From Dehalococcoidia bacterium (GTDB taxonomy: Bacteria; Chloroflexota; Dehalococcoidia; Lucifugimonadales; UBA3495), in assembly GCA_030740155.1 (NCBI GenBank), contig JASLXV010000074.1, forward strand, positions 1 to 64,000: a stretch of DNA of 64,000 nt, read 5' to 3'. The position numbers and the translations under genes are program-made. Numbering within the stretch: position 1 is the first letter of the stretch; each line of letters begins with the position of its first letter. Shown here piece by piece: positions 10,346-20,396 of the stretch. The notes beneath the pieces are model-generated. The model ran no database searches. It was not told where the DNA came from and was given only the letters and a program-made list of their open reading frames with translations.

Positions 10346-11467
10346 TTGTCGACTGCGAACCTTCGGACAGTCCTCTATTCTGCCCACCTGGACGCGGGGG
10401 CGCGCGTCGTGCCCTTCGGCGGGTGGGATATGCCGCTCCAGTACGCGGGCATCCTGGCTGAAGTAAAGGCGGTGCGCACCGCCATGGGGATTTTCGACGC
10501 CTCCCACATGGGCAGGCTCTACGTCTCCGGGCCCCGGGCGACTGAGATGCTGGACTGGGTGCTGACCGCCTCCGCCGCCAGCCTGCGGGTGGGCCGCGCC
10601 CGCTACGGCATGATCTGCAACGAGGCCGGGGGCATCATCGACGACACTATCTTTTACCGGCTGTCGGACGACCGTTACCTGTTGATTCCCAACGCCGGCA
10701 ACCGCACGAAGGTGGCCGCCTGGCTTCAAAGTTGGACCGACGCCCGATTTCCCGGCGGCTGCACGGTGGAGGACCGCACCGGGACAACCGCCCTGATCGC
10801 CGTCCAGGGGCCGGACACGCCCGCAATCATGGACCAGCTCTGCGTTCTGAAAAGCGGCCAGATGCCCTCTTCCCTGCGCCCCTTCCACTGGGATGAGGGC
10901 TCCTTGCAGGGAACCCCCATATTCACTGGCCGCACCGGCTACACCGGAGAGGACGGGTTCGAGATCGTGGTGGAAGCCGCCGGCGCCGAGGCGGCTTGGC
11001 GGTCCCTCCTGGACCGGGGCGCCGCCCCCTGCGGCCTGGGGGCCAGGGACGTGCTCCGGCTCGAGGCCGGCCTGCTCCTCCACGGCAACGAGATCGACGA
11101 GAATACGACCCCCATCGAAGCCGGCCTGAAACGATTTGTCAGCTTCGACAAAGAGTATTCCGGGGCCGGGATCTTGCGGCGGCAGCACGAGGCGGGAGTC
11201 GATCGCAAGCTGGTCGGCCTGCGCCTACCCGGCCGTAGCGCACCCCGGCCGGGATACCCCATCCTCGATCAGGGCCGGGAGATCGGCCGGATCACCAGCG
11301 GCAGTTATTCCCCGACCCTTGACACCAGCATCGCCATGGGCTACGTTTTGGTGCGCTACGCCGCCCCAGACCAGGAATTGGACCTGGACATACGGGGACG
11401 CATCGCCCGGGCGCAGGTGGTCCCGCTGCCTTTCTACACCAGACCCAGGAGGTCGCAGACGAAGTGA
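10346..11467 (+). CDS. gcvT: glycine cleavage aminomethyltransferase T
   Basis: [45 protein letters not shown] start after GGAGGAGG. Confidence 0.95.
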   Translation: MSTANLRTVLYSAHLDAGARVVPFGGWDMPLQYAGILAEVKAVRTAMGIFDASHMGRLYVSGPRATEMLDWVLTASAASLRVGRARYGMICNEAGGIIDDTIFYRLSDDRYLLIPNAGNRTKVAAWLQSWTDARFPGGCTVEDRTGTTALIAVQGPDTPAIMDQLCVLKSGQMPSSLRPFHWDEGSLQGTPIFTGRTGYTGEDGFEIVVEAAGAEAAWRSLLDRGAAPCGLGARDVLRLEAGLLLHGNEIDENTTPIEAGLKRFVSFDKEYSGAGILRRQHEAGVDRKLVGLRLPGRSAPRPGYPILDQGREIGRITSGSYSPTLDTSIAMGYVLVRYAAPDQELDLDIRGRIARAQVVPLPFYTRPRRSQTK

Positions 11468-11856
11468 ATCCCGACGACCGAAAGTATAGCAAAGAGCACG
11501 AATGGGTCAAGCTGGAAGACGCCGGCGCCGGGCTGGTGCTGGTCGGCATTACCGAGTACGCCCAAGACCAGTTGGGCGACATCGTCTACGTAGAGCTTCC
11601 CAAGCCCGGCGCCACCGTCATTCAGTTCGGCAAGATGGGAGAAGTGGAGTCGGTGAAAGCCGTCTCCGACCTGTTCTCGCCGGTTGGCGGCGAGGTAACC
11701 GAAACCAACACTCTCCTGATCGACAACCCGGAGCTGGCCAACGAGGACCCTTTCGGCGAGGGTTGGCTGGTCCGGGTGACCCTGACCGACATCGCCCAAC
11801 TGGACAAGCTGATGCCGGCGCAAGAGTACGAGTCTTTTATCAGCGGCTTGGCATGA
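11464..11856 (+). CDS. gcvH: glycine cleavage H protein
   Basis: YSKEHEW, lipoyl-lysine motif VESVKAVSD. Confidence 0.97.
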   Translation: MNPDDRKYSKEHEWVKLEDAGAGLVLVGITEYAQDQLGDIVYVELPKPGATVIQFGKMGEVESVKAVSDLFSPVGGEVTETNTLLIDNPELANEDPFGEGWLVRVTLTDIAQLDKLMPAQEYESFISGLA

Positions 11857-11933
11857 ATCTACCGGCCCTCAGCGGTGAGCGGTCAGCGTTCCGCCGGCAG
11901 GCCCGGAAACCGAGCGCGGGCTGCTGAAAGCTG

Positions 11934-13310
11934 ATGGTTGAACCGCATTTTCAGTCCCACTTTATCCCCAACACACCGGATGAGCAGGCGCAGATGCTGG
12001 CCGTCTTGGGGCTGAATTCCATCGACGGCCTTTTCCTCGACATCCCCGCCGCGTTCCGGGATCCGGTGCTGGACCTTCCCGACCCGCTTTCGGAGCTGGA
12101 CCTCCAGCGGGAGCTGGCGGCTCTGGCCGCTCGAAACCGCTCCCTGAGCAGCGGCCCCTCTTTCCTGGGCGCGGGTTCGTACCATCACTTCATCCCAGCC
12201 ATCGTCAAGGCCCTGGTGACCCGTGGAGAGTTCCTCACCGCCTACACCCCCTATCAAGCCGAGGCCAGCCAGGGCACTCTGCAGGTCATCTACGAGTTCC
12301 AAACGCTGATCTGCAACCTCTTCGCCATGGACGTGGCCAACGCCGGTATGTACGACGGCGCCACCAGCCTGGCCGAAGGGGTGCTGATGGCTTGCCGGGT
12401 GACCCGGCGCGACCGGGTGGCGTTGGCCAGCACCCTTTCCCCCGCCTACCGGGAGGTCATCCGCACCTACTGCCAGGCCCAGGGAATCGTGACCAGGACC
12501 GTGTCTCCCGCATCGCCCGAGATCGACGATAAAACCGCTTGTCTGGCGGTCCAATACCCCAATTTCTACGGTTATCTCGAAGACCTGACCCTCATTGCCG
12601 ATGCCGCCCATAGCCAGGGCGCGCTGCTGGTTGCCTCGACCGACCCAATAGCCGCGGGGCTTTTCCAGCCGCCCGGCCACTACGACGCCGACATCGTCAC
12701 CGGCGAAGGCCAGCCTCTTGGGATACCCCCGAGCTTCGGCGGGCCCTACCTGGGCCTCTTCACCACCAAGCAGGAGTTCCTCCGGCAGATGCCCAGCCGC
12801 CTCTCGGGCCGCACCGTGGACAGCCAGGGCCGGCCCGGCTATGTGCTGACCCTGCAGACCCGGGAGCAGCACATCCGCCGGGAGCGGGCCACCAGCAACA
12901 TCTGCACCAACGAGGCCCTCTACGCCCTAGCGTCGACCATCTACCTGGCCGCCCTGGGTAAGCAGGGCCTCCGGCAGGCGGCCGAGCTGTGCTACCACAA
13001 GGCACACTATGCCGCCGGCGAGATCGCCAACTTGCCCGGCTACACCCTGCCCTTCGAGGGCGTCTTCTTCCGCGAATTCGTGGTCCAGTGCCCCATCTCG
13101 CCCGCCGTCATCAACCAGAAGCTCCTGGAGCGGAACATCCTGGGAGGCCTTGACCTGTCCGGTCCCGCCGGTCCTCCCCCCTCACAAAAGGAGGACCAAA
13201 GGGAGTTGACCAATCCCCTGCTCCTCTGCGTCACCGAAATGAACTCCCGGGAAGACGTCGACACGCTGGTGGCGGCGCTGGCGGAGATTGCCTGCCAAGA
13301 GGTCGGATGA
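11934..13310 (+). CDS. gcvPA: glycine dehydrogenase subunit 1
   Basis: FLGAG, YTPYQAEASQG, TREQHIRRERATSNICTN. Confidence 0.96.
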   Translation: MVEPHFQSHFIPNTPDEQAQMLAVLGLNSIDGLFLDIPAAFRDPVLDLPDPLSELDLQRELAALAARNRSLSSGPSFLGAGSYHHFIPAIVKALVTRGEFLTAYTPYQAEASQGTLQVIYEFQTLICNLFAMDVANAGMYDGATSLAEGVLMACRVTRRDRVALASTLSPAYREVIRTYCQAQGIVTRTVSPASPEIDDKTACLAVQYPNFYGYLEDLTLIADAAHSQGALLVASTDPIAAGLFQPPGHYDADIVTGEGQPLGIPPSFGGPYLGLFTTKQEFLRQMPSRLSGRTVDSQGRPGYVLTLQTREQHIRRERATSNICTNEALYALASTIYLAALGKQGLRQAAELCYHKAHYAAGEIANLPGYTLPFEGVFFREFVVQCPISPAVINQKLLERNILGGLDLSGPAGPPPSQKEDQRELTNPLLLCVTEMNSREDVDTLVAALAEIACQEVG

Positions 13311-14815
13311 TGGTTAGAGGCGGAGGACGGAGCACCGGCAAGCTGCTCATGGAGCGGAGCGTGCCCGGACGGGTTGGGGCGGTCCTGCCGCCGCTGGATG
13401 TCCCGGTCCAGCCGCTTCCCGCCGCCTCTCTGCTCCGGACCAGGCTGGACCTTCCTGAGGTGTCGGAGCCGGAGGTGGTGCAGTACTTCACCGCGCTGAG
13501 CCAGCTGAACTTCTCCATCGACACCAATTTCTACCCGCTGGGCAGTTGCACCATGAAGTACAACCCCAAGGTAAACGACGAGTTGTCCTTCCTGCCCGGC
13601 TTCGCCGGCGCCCATCCGCTGCAGCCGCCGGAGTCCTCCCAGGGGGCGCTGGCGTTACTGTACGGGCTGCAAGGATTCCTGGGGGAAATTACTGGCCTGC
13701 CCGGCGTGAGCTTGGCAACGCTGGCCGGCGCCCATGGTGAGCTGGCCGGCATGCTGATGATCCGGGCCTACCACCGGGACCGGGGCGACGCCTCTCGCCG
13801 CGAGGTAGGGATCCCCGACAGCGCCCACGGCACCAACCCCGCCTCGGCGGCCATGGCCGGGTTCGAGGTCGTCGACCTGGCATCGGACGAGGACGGAAAC
13901 GTGGACCTGGCGGCGCTGCGCGAGGTGGCCGGGCCGGACCTGGCCGGAGTGATGATCACCCTGCCCAGCACCCTGGGCCTCTTCGACACCAACATCGTCG
14001 AGGTGTGCCGGGTGGTGCACGAGGCCGGGGGGCTGGTCTACGGCGACGGCGCCAACATGAACGCGCTGTTGGGCCGGGCCGCGCTAGGGGACCTGGGCTT
14101 CGACGTAGTCCACCTGAACCTGCACAAGACCTTCAGCACGCCCCACGGCGGCGGCGGACCCGGCTCCGGGCCGGTGTGTGCCGGCAGTTCCCTCCTGCCC
14201 CACCTGCCGGCGCCGGTTGTGACGCGGACCCCGCGCTCATCCGCCCTTCGCGAGGGAGGAATAGAGGAGGAAGGACCGTCATACAGTCTGGCCACCCCCG
14301 AGCGCAGCATCGGGCGGATGAGCGGGTTCCACGGGAATTTTGGCGTCCTGGTGCGGGCCTATGCTTACATCCGGTCCCTCGGCCGGCCGGGCTTGCGGTC
14401 CATCAGCGGCAACGCGGTGCTGAACGCCAACTACCTGATGCAAGCCCTCAAAGGCACCTACCGCCTGCCCTACGACCGGCCCTGCATGCACGAAGCCGTC
14501 TTCTCCGCCGACCGGCAGAAGGCGCGGGGTGTCAGTGGCCTGGACATCGCCAAACGGCTGCTGGACTACGGCTTCCACGCCCCCACCATGTACTTCCCGC
14601 TGATCGTCAAAGAGGCCTTGATGATCGAGCCTACCGAGACGGAGACCCGGGAGACCCTGGACGCCTTCATCCAGGCGCTGATCGACATCGACCGGGAAGT
14701 GACGGATAACCCCGGCCTGGTTCTTCAAGCACCCCACACCGCTCCGGTTTCCCGGCTAGACGAGGCCCGGGCGGCCCGGCAGCCGGACCTTCGGTGGCGG
14801 CCCCCTGAACAGTAG
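13307..14815 (+). CDS. gcvPB: glycine dehydrogenase subunit 2
   Basis: PLGSCTMKYNP, SAHGTNPASA, PLP lysine in HLNLHKTFSTPHGGGGPG. Confidence 0.96.
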   Translation: MMVRGGGRSTGKLLMERSVPGRVGAVLPPLDVPVQPLPAASLLRTRLDLPEVSEPEVVQYFTALSQLNFSIDTNFYPLGSCTMKYNPKVNDELSFLPGFAGAHPLQPPESSQGALALLYGLQGFLGEITGLPGVSLATLAGAHGELAGMLMIRAYHRDRGDASRREVGIPDSAHGTNPASAAMAGFEVVDLASDEDGNVDLAALREVAGPDLAGVMITLPSTLGLFDTNIVEVCRVVHEAGGLVYGDGANMNALLGRAALGDLGFDVVHLNLHKTFSTPHGGGGPGSGPVCAGSSLLPHLPAPVVTRTPRSSALREGGIEEEGPSYSLATPERSIGRMSGFHGNFGVLVRAYAYIRSLGRPGLRSISGNAVLNANYLMQALKGTYRLPYDRPCMHEAVFSADRQKARGVSGLDIAKRLLDYGFHAPTMYFPLIVKEALMIEPTETETRETLDAFIQALIDIDREVTDNPGLVLQAPHTAPVSRLDEARAARQPDLRWRPPEQ

Positions 14816-15072
14816 GGAACGGTTCTTTAAGGGCGCCGCTGGGGAACCTCGTCTTGCAGGAGCTTGCCGCGAAACTACGTCTTAGCACTTTCTGAGGCAA
14901 CGAGCCCCAATCCCCTCGAGGCGTCTGGGCGCGCCTTGATAGAGGCCCGTACCGGAAAAGCTGGCGCGGGCTGGGCCTTCGCCAACCTCCCTCGCCAGCA
15001 AGAGAAGAATCCGACTGCATCGCCCTCCCCGTGTGGCGCTGGGTCCCGTATTGTCTTGCCCCGGTTCAACGC

Positions 15073-15101
15073 TTGACCTAATAGAGCAACCAGGGTACGC
15101 T
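15073..15101 (+). promoter_or_regulatory. promoter of the toxin-antitoxin operon
   Basis: TTGACC-17bp-TACGCT. Confidence 0.5.
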
Positions 15102-15141
15102 TCCAATATGGTTCCATTTCGCAAACCCCGAGGAGGGCCCT

Positions 15142-15384
15142 GTGGCGACATTGACGATTAAGAACATCCCCGACGGTCTGTGCCACCGGCTTAGAGAAAG
15201 CGCCAAGCAGCATCGCCGCAGTATCAACAGCGAAGTTATCGTCTGCCTGGAGCAAGTATTGGGCTCTGCGCCGTTGGACCCAGCAACGTTTCTAGAGGGC
15301 GTAAGGACCCTTCGCCACAGCGTCTCCCGCGTTTATGTTACTGAGGAGGACCTGCGGGCCGCGAAGAACGAAGCCCGGCCATGA
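15142..15384 (+). CDS. FitA-like ribbon-helix-helix antitoxin
   Basis: MATLTIKNIPD...RRSINSEVI; overlaps the toxin start. Confidence 0.88.
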   Translation: MATLTIKNIPDGLCHRLRESAKQHRRSINSEVIVCLEQVLGSAPLDPATFLEGVRTLRHSVSRVYVTEEDLRAAKNEARP

Positions 15385-15782
15385 TAGTATCGGATACCAA
15401 CCTCATTGTGTACCTGCTTCTCCAGGGAGACCGTACAAGGGACGCCGAGAGGGTATTGGCAATGGACTCGGACTGGGTAGCCCCACGTCTCTGGAGGTCG
15501 GAGTTCCGCAATGTCCTCGCCCTTTACATGCGGCGGCGCATCCTGTCGCTAGCCGAATCCTTACAATTCGTGGCTAAAGCCGAACAGTTGATGCATGGTA
15601 AAGAATACGAAGTTTCCTCAGCGCAGGTGCTCAGCCTGGCCGCTGGGTCCCGGTGCTCCGCCTACGACTGCGAGTTTCTGGCTCTGGCACAGAACCTGGG
15701 AGTGCCCCTGCTCACCGCCGACCGTGACATCCTCGCGGACTTCCCGTCACTAGCAATCTCGGTGGATGAATTTACCCCGTGA
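15381..15782 (+). CDS. vapC: PIN-domain VapC toxin
   Basis: IVSDTN, SEFRN, SAYDCEF, LTAD acidic residues. Confidence 0.9.
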   Translation: MIVSDTNLIVYLLLQGDRTRDAERVLAMDSDWVAPRLWRSEFRNVLALYMRRRILSLAESLQFVAKAEQLMHGKEYEVSSAQVLSLAAGSRCSAYDCEFLALAQNLGVPLLTADRDILADFPSLAISVDEFTP

Positions 15783-15889
15783 TGTGTCCATTCCTCTGAC
15801 AATCTTCGCCGTGGCGGCATGGTGCACTGGGTGCCGCCCACGAGCCCGGCCGGCGGTGGAAGGGGCCGGATTAGAGGGGTTAACCCTCA

Positions 15890-17550
15890 GAGCCTGTCTC
15901 AAAAAGCGGGGCGCCGATTAGGTCCGGGCCGATACAATGAGAGCAGTCTTTCATGAGGAGCCCGCTCATGCCGCTGCGACCGGTGAACCGCGACCAAGCT
16001 TGGTTACTGCCGCCAACCCTGGATGACCTTCTCCCCATAGATCACTCGGCTCGTTTCGTTGCCGCTTTTGTTGATGGACTGGACCGTGACGCCTGGAAGG
16101 GAATGGAGATCGATGTCGACGGGGATCCCCTAGGTGCTCCGGCATACCATCCTTGGGCTTTGCTCAGCGTCTGGCTCTACGGGTTTATGACCGGGGTGCG
16201 ATCATCTCGGAAACTGGAGGCGGCCTGCCGGGACCAGATCCCCTTCCTTTGGCTGACCGGCTGGCAGCATCCGGATCACAACACCTTGTGGCGGTTTTAC
16301 CAGGCCCACCGATCCGCCATGCGGTGGCTGCTGAAGCATACGGTCCGGACCGCGGTAGAAGTGGGGCTCGTGGATCTAGCGGTGCAGGCCCTGGACGGTA
16401 CGAAGATCGCAGCCAACGCAGCAGGAGATCAGACCTACGATATGGCAAAGCTTGAACGGCTGCTCGCCAAGACGGGAGCGGCCATCGGCGACCTGGAGGC
16501 CCAGAACGAAGGAGGGGATGACCCGCCGCCACCCCGACTCCCAACAGAACTTCAGCAAGCCCAAACTTTGCGGGAGCGCGTTCAGCACGCCATGAATCGT
16601 CTCGCTCAGGACAACCGGCTCACACGGGTGAATCTTACAGACAATGATGCCCAGCTGATGAAGGGGCGGCAGGGAATCATGCCCGCTTACAATGCCCAGG
16701 CGATGGTTTCACCGATTGATTCGGCAACGGGAAACGGGATGGTGATTACGGCCGCTGATGTGGTGAGTAGCGCAGCTGATTCAGGCCAGTTGATCCCAAT
16801 GCTGGAAAAGTCGGAGGAGATGACTGGAGAACGCGTCCCGGTCACCCTGGCGGATGGTGGGTACCACACCGCGGCAAACCTGGAAGCCGGCGAACGCCGA
16901 GGTGACGTGTTCGTGATGCCCGAACGCTACCACGCTGGCGTTCAGGGCCCCTACTTCAAGGACCGCTTTGTCTATGACTCTGCTACGGACAGCTACATCT
17001 GCCCCCAAGGTCAGCGCCTTCCATTTCGTGGGCTCCGCAGAAACAACGGCAAGATTCCAGGACCTTACCGAGTTTACTGTGGCTCAAGGACCCTTTGCCA
17101 CGCTTGCCCTGCCTACGGGATTTGCACCAAAGACGTGCGTGCCGGACGTGCATTGTGGATCGGCCCGAGTGACGCATTACTCCGGAAGCATCGGCAGTGG
17201 ATGGGCACGGATACGGCCCGACGGTGGTACGCCTGGCGTAAGGTGCTCAGCGAGCCTACCTTCGGCATACTGAAAGAGCAACTCGCCTCTCGGCGGTTCC
17301 TCCTTAGAGGCTTGGCCAACGTCCGAGGGGAGTTTGCCCTATTGGCGACAGCCTTCAACTTGCGGACGTTATGGCGGGTCTGGCGGTGCCACCGGAGACC
17401 ACCCGCCACAGAAGGGGCCCACCCCTGGCATCGCTCGGTGCCCATTCCGGCTTAGATCGGACTCTTGACCCACGAACCTCCGCAGGGAACCTAAACCCAT
17501 GGATTGTGCAGCATTCGAAAAATCGTGAACAGACCTTCTGAGACAGGCTC
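15890..17550 (+). mobile_element. complete IS1182-family insertion sequence
   Basis: Terminal IRs GAGCCTGTCTCA (15890-15901) and TGAGACAGGCTC (17539-17550); 4-bp direct repeat CTCA at 15886-15889 and 17551-17554. Confidence 0.93.
15968..17455 (+). CDS. IS1182-family DDE transposase
   Basis: SSRKLE, PDHNTLWRF, DGTKIAANA, TDNDA, YNAQ, ADGGY, EPTFG. Confidence 0.93.
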   Translation: MPLRPVNRDQAWLLPPTLDDLLPIDHSARFVAAFVDGLDRDAWKGMEIDVDGDPLGAPAYHPWALLSVWLYGFMTGVRSSRKLEAACRDQIPFLWLTGWQHPDHNTLWRFYQAHRSAMRWLLKHTVRTAVEVGLVDLAVQALDGTKIAANAAGDQTYDMAKLERLLAKTGAAIGDLEAQNEGGDDPPPPRLPTELQQAQTLRERVQHAMNRLAQDNRLTRVNLTDNDAQLMKGRQGIMPAYNAQAMVSPIDSATGNGMVITAADVVSSAADSGQLIPMLEKSEEMTGERVPVTLADGGYHTAANLEAGERRGDVFVMPERYHAGVQGPYFKDRFVYDSATDSYICPQGQRLPFRGLRRNNGKIPGPYRVYCGSRTLCHACPAYGICTKDVRAGRALWIGPSDALLRKHRQWMGTDTARRWYAWRKVLSEPTFGILKEQLASRRFLLRGLANVRGEFALLATAFNLRTLWRVWRCHRRPPATEGAHPWHRSVPIPA

Positions 17551-17551
17551 C

Positions 17552-18484
17552 TCACCCCAACTCTTCCTTCACCGCCTGCTTCAGGACATCCTCCGCGACC
17601 CGGACCTGTACCCCGGACCGCTCCTCCTGTAGGAGCATGGCCACCCGGGAGTCCCGGTCCCCCCAGCCCCGGTTCAGGGCCTCGGTCATCTCCATGAGGG
17701 CCAGGTTGGCCAACCGCATGGGCACGTCGAACTCCCGGCCCACCGCAACGGCCAGGTCCACGTCCTTTCGCGCCAGCCGGAGCGCGAAGTCCGGCGGATC
17801 GAATTTTCCGGACATGAAGTGGTCCGGCAAGCTGTCGAACATGCCACGCCGCCCGGCGGCGCCGCGCCGAACGGCCCGCCACAGGGCCAGCGGCTCCACC
17901 CCGGCCTTCACCCCCATGGTGAAGGTCTCGGCCAGTGCGGCCTGCACGATGTAGCCGGTGCAGTTGTGCACCAGCTTGGCCACGGCGCCGCAGCCCACGG
18001 GCCCGACGTAGTAGGCTTTGTCGCCGATGGTGTCCAGCACCGGCTTGCACCGGTCGAACACGTCTCTATCCCCACCGACCCAGATGGCCAGGTTCCCCGA
18101 CCGGGCGCCGGCGGGTCCTCCGCTAACCGGGGCGTCCAGCACGTGGATGCCCTTCGCGGCGAAGGCCTGGCTGATGCGCCGGATCAGACCCGGGGTACTG
18201 GTGCTCAGGTCGAAGTACACCTTGCCCTGGCTAAAGCCCTGGAACAGGCCATCCTCACCCAGGGCCACTGCCTCCACCTCGGCCGGACCCGGCAGGGATG
18301 TGAACACGATGTCGCAGGCCTCCGCCACCTGCCGGGGCGTGTCCGCCCAGGTGGCCCCCGCCTCGAGGTGGGAAGTCGCGGACTCCCGCCGGATATCGTG
18401 GACCACCAGCTCGTTTCCGCCCTGAAGGGCGTTGTAAGCCATGCTGCCGCCCATGGTGCCCAATCCGATGAATCCTACCTTCAT
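17552..18484 (-). CDS. beta-hydroxyacid dehydrogenase (3-hydroxyisobutyrate DH / tartronate semialdehyde reductase family)
   Basis: MKVGFIGLGTMG, LDAPVSGG, AKLVHN. Confidence 0.9.
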   Translation of the reverse strand: MKVGFIGLGTMGGSMAYNALQGGNELVVHDIRRESATSHLEAGATWADTPRQVAEACDIVFTSLPGPAEVEAVALGEDGLFQGFSQGKVYFDLSTSTPGLIRRISQAFAAKGIHVLDAPVSGGPAGARSGNLAIWVGGDRDVFDRCKPVLDTIGDKAYYVGPVGCGAVAKLVHNCTGYIVQAALAETFTMGVKAGVEPLALWRAVRRGAAGRRGMFDSLPDHFMSGKFDPPDFALRLARKDVDLAVAVGREFDVPMRLANLALMEMTEALNRGWGDRDSRVAMLLQEERSGVQVRVAEDVLKQAVKEELG

Positions 18485-18790
18485 TGCAACCTCCAACAGG
18501 GCAACCTCCAACAGGGCGAGATTCTTCCCGCGGCGCCCCGAATCTGGCCCCCATTATCGTGCCGGCCCCTGGGCATCGCAAGGGGTGGCAACTGCCGGAG
18601 GGCCGGCCCCTGGAACCTGCCGGGCAAATTCAGGTGCCGCGGGATGTTGCGTGCCTCAACCCAGGGCACCACTTTTAGACGTTTGACTTCACGGAGAAAA
18701 GCCTGTAACTTGGGTTTTTCCGGTGGCCTCGCTGCCCCTGGCGGCGTTACCAGAGGAAACCGCCTCGGGAATTATGGGAGGAAGTTAGAG

Positions 18791-19795
18791 ATGCTGGAAC
18801 AACAGGAAAAAGTGTGGGACTACCAGGCGGTGGAGCCGGGGCAGGCAGGCAACCCCACCGTGGTCCAGGTAACCGAGGAGAACGTGTCCCGGTACGCGCT
18901 CCTCGCCCAGAACAATGACCCCCGGTTCCAGCGGGCCGGCGCCAGCCAGGAGTACGACGGGGCGCTGGTGGCCATGCCGACCATGACGATGTCCCTCGCG
19001 CCCCTGCTCCGGGATGAGATTGCCGAAGCCAGCGGCTTCGTGGCGGTAGAGCAGTCCAAGACGGCCCGCCGCCAGACCCCCTTCGCCAAATGCGACCTCT
19101 CGTGGTCGGCCCCGGTGCGGCCGGGCGACACCATTACCGGCACCCGCCGGGTCCTGGAAAAGTACGAACGCCGCGGCAGCAAATTCGTAGTCTTCCGGGT
19201 GGAGGCCACCAACCAGCGCGGCCAGCAGGTGGCGACGTACGACTACACCTGCATCTTTGAGTACGCCGAGGGACAAAAAAAGGTCCCAACCGACCGCGGT
19301 TCAGCTCAGCCGCCCCCGGCCGGCAATGCCCCCGCGGCGGAAGCAGGGCGGACCGCCCGGTTCACCAGCTTCGACGCCCTCTCCGTTGGCGACCAGTTGG
19401 CCCCCCTGGCGATATCGGAGAGCCAGGAGATCATCAACAACCGGAACGAGTTGCGCCTCGCCGGCAAGCCCAGTCCCAGCAATATCCACACTGACGAGGA
19501 GTTTGCCCGCAAGAACATCTTCGGCGGAACGGTCAACGCCGGGCCGGCCACGATGTCCTACGTCGACCAGATGTTGCAGCTCTCGTTCCCGCTCCGCGCT
19601 TTCTACGAAGGGGGCCGGCTCTTGATGCGGGCCATCGAGCCCTTCCGCTCCGGCGACACGGTGACGTTCCAGGGAGAGGTGACCGGCAAGCAGGTCGAAA
19701 ACGGCAAGAAGTTGGTCACCTGCCGGGTCAAGGGCACCAACCAGCGGGGCTCCCTGGTCTGCCTTTCCGACGCCACCCTGGTGATGCCGGAGTAA
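18791..19795 (+). CDS. tandem MaoC/hotdog dehydratase
   Basis: Two hotdog domains: PVRPGDTITG and NIHTDEEFAR...PFRSGDTVT. Confidence 0.8.
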   Translation: MLEQQEKVWDYQAVEPGQAGNPTVVQVTEENVSRYALLAQNNDPRFQRAGASQEYDGALVAMPTMTMSLAPLLRDEIAEASGFVAVEQSKTARRQTPFAKCDLSWSAPVRPGDTITGTRRVLEKYERRGSKFVVFRVEATNQRGQQVATYDYTCIFEYAEGQKKVPTDRGSAQPPPAGNAPAAEAGRTARFTSFDALSVGDQLAPLAISESQEIINNRNELRLAGKPSPSNIHTDEEFARKNIFGGTVNAGPATMSYVDQMLQLSFPLRAFYEGGRLLMRAIEPFRSGDTVTFQGEVTGKQVENGKKLVTCRVKGTNQRGSLVCLSDATLVMPE

Positions 19796-20174
19796 GCACC
19801 GCCGGGAAGCGCCGGACGCCCCTTTACATCAAAGTATCGCCGCCGGCCATGGTGCTTTACCGGGCGAGTCCCATCCGCCCCTTCTGACCGGGAGCAGCCC
19901 AAAGCCGGAGATTGCGACGAAGTCCGGAAACAAGCTGTCTTTCGACTGTTTTGTTCACGGAACAGTGCTTAATGGCCGAGATATAGACGTAACGGTTAAT
20001 AGAGCCCCAAGAGCATGAGGAATCCGAAATAAGATCGAGGATTATCTAAGGTTGTGGCCGAAGAGCGAGCTTCTATTGCTCGTATAGTTGCCTTTCACGA
20101 TATACGCAGCAGATATTTCACGGAAGCCCCTCTATTTAGCCATTATGTTAGTTTCAATGCTTAGGATTTTGAGC

Positions 20175-20203
20175 TTGACAAACCGGCGGAGTGCCTGTAG
20201 TCT
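20175..20203 (+). promoter_or_regulatory. sigma70 promoter of the ABC transporter operon
   Basis: TTGACA-17bp-TAGTCT. Confidence 0.6.
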
Positions 20204-20396
20204 GGCGCCCAAGCGGGCAATCGCAATTTGAGCCGTCAGACCTGTTACTATCCTCCAAGATTGACCTTTTCTTCCGGTCCACGCCAAGGTTCCTTCCGCG
20301 CAACCCCCCTCCACGGTTGCTCCACTGAAACAACGCTATGACAGGAACGGGCCTGCCGCAATTACCTGCGGTCGGTGTAGCCACAAGGAGGCCCTG

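Noticed and set aside
17819..18790. N-terminal part of the 658-aa ORF 17819-19795
   Set aside because: Antisense shadow of the dehydrogenase gene; the recognisable protein starts at 18791
19800..20396. c-di-AMP riboswitch upstream of the betaine transporter
   Set aside because: Only scattered short matches; conserved order and stems not found
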